64,000 nucleotides of DNA, from positions 78,926,001 to 78,990,000 of the forward strand of contig OX597827.1 of NCBI GenBank assembly GCA_951406725.2, written 5' to 3'. Positions 12,993 through 24,448 of the stretch are shown here, piece after piece (position 1 is the first letter of the stretch; each line of letters opens with the position of its first letter). Both the position numbers and the translations under genes were made by a program. Source of the stretch: Octopus vulgaris. Lineage: Eukaryota. The notes under the pieces were generated by a model that made no database searches, was not told the origin of the DNA, and was given only the letters and a program-made list of their open reading frames with translations.

Positions 12993-13515
12993 CAGGGGGA
13001 TCTCCAAAGTACAGCCCATGGGTTGGATCTGGCCTGTAAGGTCAGTTCATCCAGTCTGTCAATCCTCTGTACCTTTTGTGTAAGTAACTGCATTAGCCTC
13101 TGGTATGGCATCAGTGATTGGAACAATTTATGTCTGTGAGCAAACATTTTCAAAAATGAAGAATGTGAAGTCAGCACATTGAATGAGATTAACTGATGAA
13201 CCTTTGAAAGCAATTCTCTTGGCTGGATGCAGCAATTCCAAAGCAAATATTGCTGATATTGTAAAGCTAAACACCAGTTTCATAAATCTCACCAACCTTT
13301 TTTGCTGCTTAGTTTGTGAGATTCGGATGTGTGTGCACCGGGTGTGATAGAACTGCCTTATTACTAACGTTGCCTTCTTTGATAACTTCTTAGTAAATAA
13401 ATATTTTGGTTGTTTTTATTTTATTGTGCATTCACTGTATCGAACAAAATGGTTATGCAACCCTCACTCATCATTCTCTCAGTTTTCTGCCATGAAAAAT
13501 GTTTGGTGACCCCTG
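12993..13515. mobile_element. hAT (Charlie-like) internally deleted element
   Basis: Termini CAGGGGGATCTCCAAA...TTTGGTGACCCCTG flanked by 8-bp TSD GTCTACAT (12985-12992, 13516-13523). Confidence 0.8.
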
Positions 13516-13523
13516 GTCTACAT

Positions 13524-13611
13524 CAGTGTTTTTCAAACTTTTTTGTTGTGATCCATTTTATTTATCTTGTGACCCACTGAAGGGTCGGGACCCATAGTTT
13601 GAAAAACGCTG
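13524..13611. mobile_element. 88-bp hAT MITE
   Basis: TIRs CAGTGTTTTTCAAACT / AGTTTGAAAAACGCTG. 8-bp TSD GTCTACAT at 13516-13523 and 13612-13619. Confidence 0.85.
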
Positions 13612-13699
13612 GTCTACATGGTAGCACATTTCCCCCCTTTGTCGTCCATGCAGTCATCACCTCAAACTAGGAACAGTTCTAACCACCCTAACAACCGTT

Positions 13700-14320
13700 T
13701 TATTTTACGGAGGATTTGTTTCCCACTCTCGGCTGAGGAATTGCTCTCACACAGGCGTTTGCCATATCCAGGATGAAGTATTTTAGGATTCCTTCTCCAA
13801 TTCAAGAATCACCGTTCTGTGATGCTTCCTTTGTCTGTTGCAAGCTAGACAGTACATTGTGGGTCTAACTATGAGTCTACAATCTCTTGCACTCCTTCAA
13901 AACATCATGCATTGCCATTCTCAGGCTTCCCATGGTCTACTAAGCACTTCATATTCCAGACCCTTCCTTTCATATGCCCTTTCAATAAGAACTTTCTTTT
14001 TTATGAAATCAGACTCTGCCGAAATGTCAAGGTATAGTCTCATTATTACAATGTGGCGAGGGAACACGAGGTTCTCCTTCAAATTTCCCGACACTTGATA
14101 GTCATTGAAAAATTTTAACTTCACTTGGTTTCCATCTTTGAATTAACCTTTCTTGCTTGCTCTGTGGAGCATAATTTGGTGCAACTTTCTTGTTACATTG
14201 ATGCAACAGCATTGCAGTTTTAGAGCACCAGTCAAGACATTTAAGACTTGATCACGGTGAAAGGTATTCTCTACAAGAAATGATTCGCAGGCTGTTAGAC
14301 TCTGCCATTATTTGGTAAAC
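13700..14320 (-). mobile_element. Degenerate restriction-like-endonuclease (HERO/NeSL-type) non-LTR retrotransposon 3' fragment
   Basis: Minus-strand ..HRDQVL.. and LVFPRHIV.MRLYLDI...KKVLIE..ERK..EYE.L resemble the RHD and PD-(D/E)xK region of RLE elements. Confidence 0.55.
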
Positions 14321-14333
14321 TTTGTGTGTGTAG

Positions 14334-14364
<31 letters not shown>

Positions 14365-15436
14365 GGAGAGAAAAGAAATAGACATTAACGAAGGGAGGTA
14401 ATTAGAAATCGCCTGCAGTTTCTTTGATTATCTCCCTTGCTATCAGATATCGGGATTTTGGAATGTCTTCACCAGTCTTCTTTCTGTTGTTCTCTTTATC
14501 AACACAAACTCACAGCTTCACTTCTACGTAAGTACTCCAGCCTAATGTTTACTCACCTGTTGTCCTTTCTACTCTTATTAAGGCTCCTACTCCTTGTCTA
14601 GAACATCAACCCAGCACGGCTTCTCGTAAACCAACCCAATCCTTTCTCCTGCAATTCATATATACACATATACATATATGTGTGTGTGTGTGTGTGTTCA
14701 TTTATTTCCGACACTCTCTGTCTGTCCGACTCCCTTGGATCTTTCGAACATAAAATAACTAATTCGCTAATTCCAGCCAGAACCATTTTGTAAAACCTCT
14801 TCCCCACAGAAATCCCTTTTTTTTAAAAAAAATGCACACACACACACACACACAAGCATGATATAGGGACAGGCACACACGTATTTGGATGCATCAGTAT
14901 ATATACAGATATTGCACAGTTACACAAACACACTGACAAACAGACACACGCACAACATTAATACACGACCCACAGAGGTGGTGATGGTGGTGGTGGGGTT
15001 GTAAGTGGTTGTTCAAGCAGCTAGAAATAGCAGCCAAATCTCTTTAACAGGAAGTCCACATTGGGTAATGGAGTCTGTAAATATAGCATTTCCTAGAAAT
15101 AAAGCGAGATAGTCATGGTAGGAATATCGCTGATCATATGTCAAATCGATTAGAACAGGCCTGGGGTTGAACGACATCGGGGACACACACACACACACAA
15201 TTTGGATGCAATGATACACATCGGTACAGCTACACAAACTGTGACAGACTCATATACACACACACACACAGTGACAGATCGGCTCATGCACACATACATA
15301 CACACACACACATCCCTGTGTAGTTGGATCAAGGTAACCTGCACAGCAATACAAAAGGGACCGTACATTGATTCTCCCGTCTTCATTCTGACACTGCATT
15401 TATCATTAGACACCGTACAATGTGTGTGTGTGTGTG

Positions 15437-15467
<31 letters not shown>

Positions 15468-15660
15468 GTGGATGGATGGATGGATAAATATGTATGTATA
15501 TGTGTGTCTTTATGGAATTTAGAATTCATGAACGTTCGTGTTTACAAACGATAGAAAGAACTCGTTGCATAAAGTAGAATTTGTAAATTGCAACTGGAGG
15601 TTTTTGAATCGTAACTCTGTTTTTCTCCATCTCCCCACCTCTGTCTCTGTCTCTCTCTCC

Positions 15661-15720
<60 letters not shown>

Positions 15721-15811
15721 AGGGAGAGTTTACGAAAAAAAAAAAAGACGAAGACAGGTGTTGTACAAAACAAACAGATGTATTAGTATAACGCTCAGGA
15801 ATAGAAAAAGT

Positions 15812-15847
15812 CTTTTACGTTTCGAGCCTACGCTCTTCTACAGAAAG
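15812..15847 (-). ncRNA. Minimal hammerhead-ribozyme-like motif (A6U core variant), Penelope-type
   Basis: Minus strand CTTT-CTGTAGA-A-GAGC(GTAG)GCTC-GAAA-CG-TA-AAAG: stem I, stem II and palindromic ACGT stem III. A degenerate copy lies on + at about 27966-28000. Confidence 0.6.
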
Positions 15848-15903
15848 GGACACAGAAAAAACAAGGAGAGAAAAAACTGTATGTAGTGGCTATCGATCTA
15901 TCA

Positions 15904-15904
<1 letters not shown>

Positions 15905-15975
<71 letters not shown>

Positions 15976-16050
15976 AAGTGTATCATATATATGTATATAG
16001 ATATAGATAGATAGATAGACAGACAGGTAGATAGATAGATAGATTGATAG
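15905..16050. repeat. (TATC)n/(GATA)n microsatellite block
   Basis: Directly visible. Confidence 0.95.
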
Positions 16051-16238
16051 ATATGCGTTTGAGCGTGTGCGTGCAAATAAATCCGTGTGCATCTACCTAA
16101 ATCTTAATATGTGTTTGGCCGATTTATGTATACACATACTTCCGTCCATGCATCTATTTATACATATACACACGCATACGTAAATATATGCATGCAAACG
16201 TGTTTGTATGTATGTGTGAATGTCTATGAGTGTGTGTA

Positions 16239-16279
<41 letters not shown>

Positions 16280-16629
16280 CATCCCTTACTGTGTAGGTAA
16301 ATTGCACCCCAACAATTAATATCTCATGGTGTTTTAGTATACAGACATGGGGGAGATGATATACTCGTCTAAGGTCTGAGATATCTTGGTGGAATAAAGG
16401 ACACAAAGTGTTTTAACTACTGAATGGTTTACTTGAATTATAAGATACAAACACGCAGATAGATGGAAATGTAGGTTGTGTAGAAAGTGTGTGTGTGTGT
16501 GTGTGTAAGTATATGCTTATATGTCCAACCCATGCCAGCATAGAATATGGCTGTTAAGTGATGATGATATATATACACACACTCACACCTATATAATATA
16601 TATGTGTGTGTGTGTGTCTGTGTGTGTAT

Positions 16630-17200
16630 GAAAGCACATGGCTCAGTGGTTAGTGTCGGGCTTACAATCATGAGGTAGTTTGGACTGGGCTGTGTGTTAT
16701 GTTCTTGAGCAAGACACTTTATTTCACGTTGTTCCAGTTCACTCAGCTGTAGTAATGAGCTGCAATGTCACTGGTGCCAAGCTGTATCGGCCCCTTTGCC
16801 TTTCCCTTGGATAACATCAATGGTGTGGAGAGGGGAGGCATGGTATGCATGGGTGGCAGAAACATTAGCAAGCCGGGCGAAATGCTTAGCGGTATTTCAT
16901 CTGCCGCTACGTTCTGAGTTCAAATTCCGCCAAGGTCGACTTTGCCTTTCATCCTTTCGGGGTCGATAAATTAAGTACCACTTACGCACTGGGGTCGATG
17001 TAATCAACTTAATACCTATGTCTGTCCTTGTTTGTCCCCTCTGTGTTTAGCCCCTTGTGGGTAATAAGGAAATAGGTATGCATGGGTGACTGCTGGTCTT
17101 CCATAAAAACAATCTTGCCCGGACTTGTGCCTCGGAGGGGAACTTTCCAGGTGCAACCCCATGGTCATTCATGACCAAAAGGGGTTTTTACCCTTTACCC
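16630..17200 (+). mobile_element. tRNA-headed SINE family C, interrupted by a family B insertion
   Basis: TGGCTCAGTGGTTAG head, TTCTTGAGCAAGACACTT core and TTTACCC tail. The head is related to the 46883-47139 copy. Confidence 0.7.
16856..17074 (+). mobile_element. SINE family B nested in SINE C
   Basis: Core GGTCGACTTTGCCTTTCATCCTTTCGGGGTCGATAAATTAAGTACC. Flanked by duplicated GGTATGCATGGGTG (16842-16855, 17075-17088). Confidence 0.85.
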
Positions 17201-17224
17201 TATCTACATACATATATACAGTGC

Positions 17225-17824
17225 ATCCATGCTGCCAACAAAGCACGCGGAGTTCTGTTTTTGATTCGACGGTCATTCAGAATGCTCACAGCAGCCATAT
17301 TCCTACCGCTCTATGTCATACTGGTGAGACCCATATTGGAGTACGGGATTCAAGCCTCTTCTCCTTATCTCCTCAAAGACATACAGCATCTCGAAAGAGT
17401 CCAGAAGCTGGCTACTCGCATGGTTCTTGGTCTCAAGAATTTGTCTTATGAAGAAAGGCTGAAGACGCTCAACCTTTATTCTCTAGAAAAACGCCGCTGC
17501 CGTGGTGATCTCATTCTTGCTCACAACATCATAAGCGGAAAGTGTAACCTCTCGAAGGAGCTGTTCTTCACTCCTGCTCCAGAGCGTCGGCTGCGGGGTC
17601 ACTCCGAAAAGCTCTATCTGCGATGATTTCATCTCAATCGAAGGAGAGGGGCTTTCTCCGTCCGGGTTGCGGATCCGTGGAATAAGATGCCGACGACCAC
17701 TTGGTTCAAAGTCTCCCTTGACCACAAGTGGCCTGAACTCTTTACATGAACACCACCCTGTACATAACTCCATGTCCCCCTACATGGCCTTGCTTTTTGC
17801 TTTTTGAGCCAAAAATTAACTAAC
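17225..17824 (+). mobile_element. CR1-group LINE 3' end
   Basis: LYVILVRPILEYG...LERVQKLATRMV.GL..LSYEERL..LNLYSLEKRR.RGDLI is the typical CR1 ORF2 C-terminus. Short AACT-repeat tail. Confidence 0.9.
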
Positions 17825-17907
17825 ATATATATTATCTGAAATGTATAATATTAAATATCCATCACAGCTGGTCTTACCATTTGGTTTCACGTAAAGAATA
17901 CAATATA

Positions 17908-18430
17908 CGAGGGGCTACCCAAAAGTAACCGGAAACGTTTTCTGTGGGACCGGCCTGTTGTAGTTCAGGCTTCCGCTCCACTTGATGTGATCCTCAGGCA
18001 TCAGTCTGCCAACTGGTGCTGTCAGTTGAAGTCGTTCTGCCATGTGGTGCATCTTTGTTTTGCAGTGCTTCTCCCCAGTTTGTTGATTTTTGTGATGGCT
18101 GAAATGAAGGAACGGTGCACTTCTGTGAAATTCTGTTTTCTGCTGGGGAAACAGTTGTCATGCTTCAAACATTTTACAAGAACGCTGCCATGAGCAGAAC
18201 ATAAGTTTACAGATGGTTTTTCATGCTTTAAGAATGGTCACTTGTTGCTTGGAGACCAACCTCATTCAGGGCGACTGTCAACCTCCCAAACGAATGAAAA
18301 CATCATAAAAATTCATGAACTGATCTTGTGGGATCGTCTCTGAACAATTGACGAACTTGTTGGTACGACTGGTGGGTCCTAGAGCTCTTGCCAATAAATT
18401 TTGTGTGAGCAATTGCAAATGAAAAGAGCT
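17908..18430 (+). mobile_element. Mariner transposon 5' fragment
   Basis: TA|CGAGGGGCTACCCAAAAGT terminus. Degenerate ..SVKFCFLLGK..VYRWF..FKNG..PHSGRLSTS.. HTH region. Confidence 0.8.
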
Positions 18431-18926
18431 TCACAGTGTAGCAAGTCTGCAGCGTTGAATAACAGCTTCACCCACCCAACAAGGTTCAGCACAGTTTTTG
18501 TCTCTCCAATTTCACTCAATAATGACAATGATATCTATTTATACACACACACACACACATAATGACCATCATCAATGGGTTTTTATCCCTTTTTCCACAC
18601 TTGTATGGGTTGGATGGAGTTTATTTTGGCAGATTTTCTACAGCTGGATGCTCTTCCTGTCACCAACCTCCATTTGTTTCCAACCTGGATTATATTTCCC
18701 CCATGGTTACTCTTTTACTTGTTTCAGTCATTTGACTGCGGCCATGCTGGAGCACCACCTTTAGTCGAAGAAATCGACCCCAGGACTTATTCTTTGTAAG
18801 CCTAGTACTTAATCTATCAGTCTCTTTTGCCGAACTGCTAAGTTACGGTGACGTTTGGCAGAAGTCACAAAAGAAACAATGCTAACTGTTTAACAGTGAC
18901 ACTTATTTTAAAAACTGTGTGATGTC

Positions 18927-18964
<38 letters not shown>

Positions 18965-20546
18965 ACACATGCACACACACAACAGACTTTCAATTTCAAT
19001 CTGCCAAATTCTCTCTCAAGGCTTTGGTTGGCCTGGGGTTATAGTGGAAGACACTGATCCAAGGTGTGACACATATATAAAGTGAAGGGGGTGGGGTGGG
19101 GACAGAGACTAGAAAAGGATGCCAACAGGTTCCCTGTGAGACTGGCTTGATCTGCCACAAGTTTTACAGGAGTTGGCTGTAGGGTGCTATTGTAAAAACT
19201 CCGTCTACCTCATGATGTGATGGAATTCAGTAGATGCCACTGTTTGTGTGGCCAGATAATAAAGAAGGCAATGCAGTGTGAGTCATGGAAGGGACAGGGC
19301 CCTCTCTGAAAATGAAAGAGATCATGGGTACATTGCAGGATATATGGGCCTCACCGAAACAGACTTGGAACAAATGGATATCTTAGCAGAATGACAAAGG
19401 CAGGTCACATATTTGTGATCAAAGGAACTAATGATGTTGAGGACCAGGAGTGGGACGGAAGTAGTAATGCTGGGAAGGGCAGCGTGGAAGATGGATGTGG
19501 AATGGAAGCTAAAACAGAGCATGTTGTGGGGAACGGAAAGTTATTATAAGGTTGTGACTGTGAGACTCTGTATTACATTAGGGATAAACATGTCTGTGGA
19601 ATACTCTGCCACCTAGTAATTCAATGAGTTTAGTTGATTGGACAAGTGAGCCCTCAAGACTGGAAATTCCAACAGAGATCCATTTTACATACGAAAACCA
19701 GGCAGAGATTTACATATATGTGTTCACAAGATGGAAAAAAAGTGACTTTCTTTTTAGATTTTGTTGTAATTTTTTTTTTTTTGCTTTATATCTGTCTGTC
19801 ATGTCTTAAATTTATATTTACAGGAATAACAAGGAGTGTGAATCCGATATGATGGCCTTAAACAACAGAGAGAGAGATGTGTCAGAAATGTCACCAACGC
19901 TGATCCCGAAATAACATTTTCTGCTTTCTGGAAGAAATAATTTACAGTATCATCTTTTCGTCATTGAACCAGCTCCCTATCAAGTCCCTATTTCCACCGC
20001 TTCAATCTCTCCTTGTTTAACTTACAATAATATAGGCATCTGTTGTCTTTGACCCTTAATAATAACCAGTAACTTATGGTGCAGAGAAGTTCACAGTTTA
20101 TCTTCAAGGCATTTGTGTTAAATTTCTCTCCCTGTTCTTGTAGTTGCTTAATGAAACTGGTTTTCCTGAGGTGGGTTACCATGTCTTCGTTAAACATTTG
20201 ATTAAGCCAAGCAAACACAGTTTGAAACAGACTTGTAAACTAATGATTTTAGCAGCAGCTCCTTGGCCAAAATATTCTTCATAATTATAGCTTTATGATT
20301 AATTAACAGAGCATTATATTGAACTCCGTAATCATTTAGAGTCATGTTATAATTTAGTAATTTGAAAGCAAGCAGTACATTTATACAGAATTAATTAGGG
20401 ATGTTAGCTAGACAAGGATGATGATGTGTTTAAGAAATGAAGGACCAGCCTGAAGAAAATAGTTTGTTGCAAATTTAAAAGCCTAACGAGATACACAGCA
20501 GTATTAATTCTAGAGACGGCCTCATCGGTCAGCACCACCAGACATC

Positions 20547-21381
20547 ATGTACTCAATCCAACCCATGTATCCGATGGGTAACCAGTTTCAATTTGATATC
20601 CATAACCAAGCGTTTTACCAGTCCAGCCCTCACCATCGTCACCATCACCACCATCACACTGCAAGTAAAACACATTCTAAAAATATTGCAAACACACAGA
20701 ACCAACCGATTGACTCGGCGGAGCATCAAGTGTCAAACACGTCAACTAGTGTTGCCTACAGTGACAGTACCACTCCAATTGGTGGCGGCGGTGGTGGTGG
20801 TGGTATTGGTGGTGTTGGTGGTGGTGGTATCACTAGTGGTGTTGTTAGTGGTCTTACTAGTAGTATTAGTAGCAGCGGTAGCACTGGAACTAGTAGTTCA
20901 GATAAACCATTTAAATGTGATGTGTGTCGTAAGTCTTTCTCTCGGAAGGCAAACCTTAGCAACCATGAACATGCTGCAGCGGCAGCAGCAGCAGCAGCAA
21001 CCTCTGGCACCGGAGACGGACAGAACATCTCTGCTTCCGCTGCTCCTTTGAAGCATTTCACCTGCAGTTTTTGCATGAAAACCTTTTCTCAGAAAGTGTT
21101 CCTGAAAAACCACGAACTGACTCACACAGGGGTCCGACCCTTTCAGTGCCCTTCTTGTCCGAAAGCTTTTGCTCAAAAGGTCCACTTGAAAGTTCATTCG
21201 AGGATTCACTCGGGAGAAAAACCCTATCACTGCACTTACTGTTCAAAAGCATTTGCACAGCGGGACCACCTCAGCAACCACGAACGAGTGCACACAGGCG
21301 AGAGACCATTCCATTGCACATTCTGCTGCAAGGCATTTGCGCAACGTTCTCACTTACGCAACCACATCAGAACACACACAG
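20547..21381 (+). CDS. C2H2 zinc-finger transcription factor, coding exon 1
   Basis: His-, Gly-, Ser- and Ala-rich N-terminus, one broken finger and 4 intact CxxC-x12-HxxxH fingers with TGERP/SGEKP linkers. Phase-1 donor G|GTAAGT at 21381/21382. Confidence 0.93.
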
Positions 21382-22404
21382 GTAAGTAAACAGACCCTTT
21401 TCTGTCCCCATCCCAAGCAAATTGATAAGGGGCACCCAATTATTAGAGATTTATGCTTTATGTAAGACAAATCATCAGAGTTGTTAGGGTATTTGTTCTG
21501 ACTTATCCGGGTTCAAATCCTGCTGGGGTCAAGTTTGCCTTTTATTGTTTTGGGGCTGATAAAAGAGTATCGACCATGAAAGTAGATTGGTGGGACCCCT
21601 AAAGAGTTGGAGGTGCCTTGTGGTGTCTGTTCTGACCTTTTATGTTCTAACAGCATTGCCTGCAGTGACATTATTGTCAATCTGTATCAGCCCCAGTTGG
21701 TGGTCCTTTTCCTGGAGATAACATCTGTGGTAGTGATGATGATGGTGGTGGTGGTTGGGGTGGTGGGGTGTTGGAAGATAAACTTGATGCATGGGTGAGC
21801 AACTGTTCCTCAACAAATTCTTACCCTGGCCCCTATAAACGTGTAGATACATGATCCACATCCACTCGCAACAGGGGTTGGTATGTTTGTTTATTCAGCT
21901 GATATTTCATTTAGTCAAGTTGAGTCATTCTATTTCGGGGTTCAAATCCTTTTGAAGTCAGTTCCAAGGGCTTGACAAAATATTTACCAGGAATTGATCC
22001 AATGTATTGCTCTTCTTTCTCCATACATTTTTGTGTGTGTGTGTGAAATATCCTTTAATATCGGTTTTAAATTTTGGTCCAAGGCCTGCAATTTTGGGAT
22101 TGGAGGAAAGTCAATTATATCGACCCAGTGCATACTACATGTCTGTACTCTGGGTGTAACAGCTGGGAACTGATGGAGCCTACTGGCGCAAAAATTTTCA
22201 TGCATGCACATGAAGAGTGACATCACCTTCCACACAAATAATTTTGCCCATGTAGCCTTAGTTTTGGCAGGAAAAAACAAGTTGGCTATTTTTTTAATGC
22301 ACCTCATGTATATATATATATAAACAATTGCAGCGTGGAAGGTGTTTATAAGCCATTTTAGAAACACACAAAACCGTTAGATTCACTTCAACATTTAAAT
22401 TTAA

Positions 22405-22455
22405 TTTGTCAAAATATTTTCGTTGCTTCGAGACTGCAACCTGTTCACTGACAAA
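22405..22455 (-). ncRNA. Minimal hammerhead-ribozyme-like motif, G3-C8 variant
   Basis: Minus strand TTTGTCA-GTGAACA-G-GTTGC(AGTCTCGAA)GCAAC-GAAA-ATAT-TT-TGACAAA: perfect 7-bp stem I, 5-bp stem II, palindromic stem III. Confidence 0.6.
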
Positions 22456-22884
22456 GCTTCGTGCTGTGTTTCTTAAATTTGCTTATGAACACCTTCCACA
22501 CTGCAATTGTTTTCGTTCCAGCACACAATCTCAGATCAAGTCACTTGCTATGCAAGTACATCTCCGTAATATATATATATATATATGTAATCATCATCAC
22601 TATGCTTATCTTTTAATGTCTGTTGTCCATGGGTTGGACAGTGTTACCAGAGCTGACAAGCCAGGGTGCTGCACCAGACTCCAGTCTGATCTGGCATGGT
22701 TTCTATGGCTGGGTGCCCTTCCTAACACCAACCACTTTACAGGGTGTGCTGGGTGCTTTTATGTGGTACTGCCATGGGTGCTTTATGCAACCAGAAGGAT
22801 TAGTCTTAACACACACACACACACATATCTATGTATGAACTTTGTCATAATATTTATGAGTTTTCTTTCTCTTTCTTTCTGTAG

Positions 22885-23576
22885 GGGAGCGACCATATAC
22901 TTGTTTTACGTGCAACAAATCATTTTCACAGAGGAGCCATCTGAACAACCACCATCGTACACACACAGGAGAGAAAATCTACAGCTGTGACACATGCCAT
23001 AAATCCTTTGCCCAGAAGGCACATTTGACCATTCACCAAAGAACTCATTCTGGAGAGAAGCCGTTCATTTGTACAGTCTGTGGCAAAGGGTTTCCTCAGA
23101 GGGTGCACATGATAAAACATGAACGAAGCCATAGTAGCGAGGACTTACAGCGGTCGACGACGTTTCAACAGTCGAACACTTCGGCTAACAACCAGTGTCA
23201 GCGTTCGTCATCGTTGTCTGCGTGTTCTTCGTCTAACTGCATGCTTCCTTGCCAGGCTCCGTGCATGGCCTCACCATCTGTGGCGATTTGTCAGTGTCAG
23301 TGCTCACAGCTGTCCAACCAACCAATGTCCTCGAATCTATCGATGAATCCAGCCACTGGTCACGGTATGTGTCAGCGCGGCCCTCCGGAGAATGTGTCGT
23401 CTCGGTCGCAGAAAAACACTTGCATGAGCTCAAACATGGCTGGCAATATGTGTCCAGAACAAATACTGGATGACTGCCAGATGTGTACGAGAATGTACCC
23501 CAAATGGAATAGTAATGTCACCAATTGCTGTAATGGGGGAAAGCAAATGAAAAACATGAACCATTCCCAGACTTAG
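22885..23576 (+). CDS. C2H2 zinc-finger transcription factor, coding exon 2 (3 fingers plus Cys/Ser/Gln-rich tail)
   Basis: Polypyrimidine tract and TAG acceptor at 22882-22884. Splicing restores (T)GERPYTCFTC...H, YSCDTC...H, FICTVC...H in frame to TAG at 23574-23576. Confidence 0.93.
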
Positions 23577-24411
23577 CCATCTTCACTCTTTCCCTGTTCA
23601 CCATTCTTCATTCTTTCTTTTGCATTTCCAACGTAGACATGTTGTCTGTGAGGACATGGTACCAGCTTTCTAAGTCACTATCCCATCCAAAGGACATGTG
23701 GGACAGGTTTTTTATGTTGTTATTGTAGTTGTTGTTATTGGGTGACGGTTGTGTACCTTGAATTCTCCAGGGGTTAGGGTCAGAAATGTTAGAGAAAAGG
23801 GACAGTAGGCACTCGGATCCATGACACTATGATAACATGATCATTAAATCTTATAACGAGAATAGGCAGAAAAGGAGGAGGATAATTATAATGATAATGA
23901 AATTAAAGAAAATAACAAAATTAAACATCGGTTATTTGTAATTAAATTGCCTAATTTAATAATTATAACAACAGGATTCTCTGTAAAATTGTGCAAATTG
24001 TGCAGCTTTCATAAGACTTCACTGACCTTTACACTATGATGACCTCTCCATAGAAACCATCACTATGGTGACCTCAAGACTGGACCCATCACTGTCGTGA
24101 TCCCTACATGGAATGAGGAGAATCTGGACATTTCGTAATGGTGACTTATTTATTGGAGGTTATTCACATCCATTGGACATAGAAAATGTTCATTGATTTG
24201 TGTTAATTAATCTGTGTTTACTGACTTGTATGTTCATTGATCTGTGAACAAAGCATTGTTGATAGTTCACTGTTATTTTATAGATTGCCATTTTTGTTTG
24301 TTGCAGAAGGCACCGGTTGCATGTATCATACAATTATACACACTGTAACATGTATAGAGTATGTATTTATATGCATATATTTATCTATGTGTATGTACAC
24401 ACACGCACACA

Positions 24412-24448
<37 letters not shown>

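Noticed and set aside
22406-22990. 194-aa ORF in the track
   Set aside because: It is composed of intronic repeat fragments and overlaps the real exon in the wrong frame.
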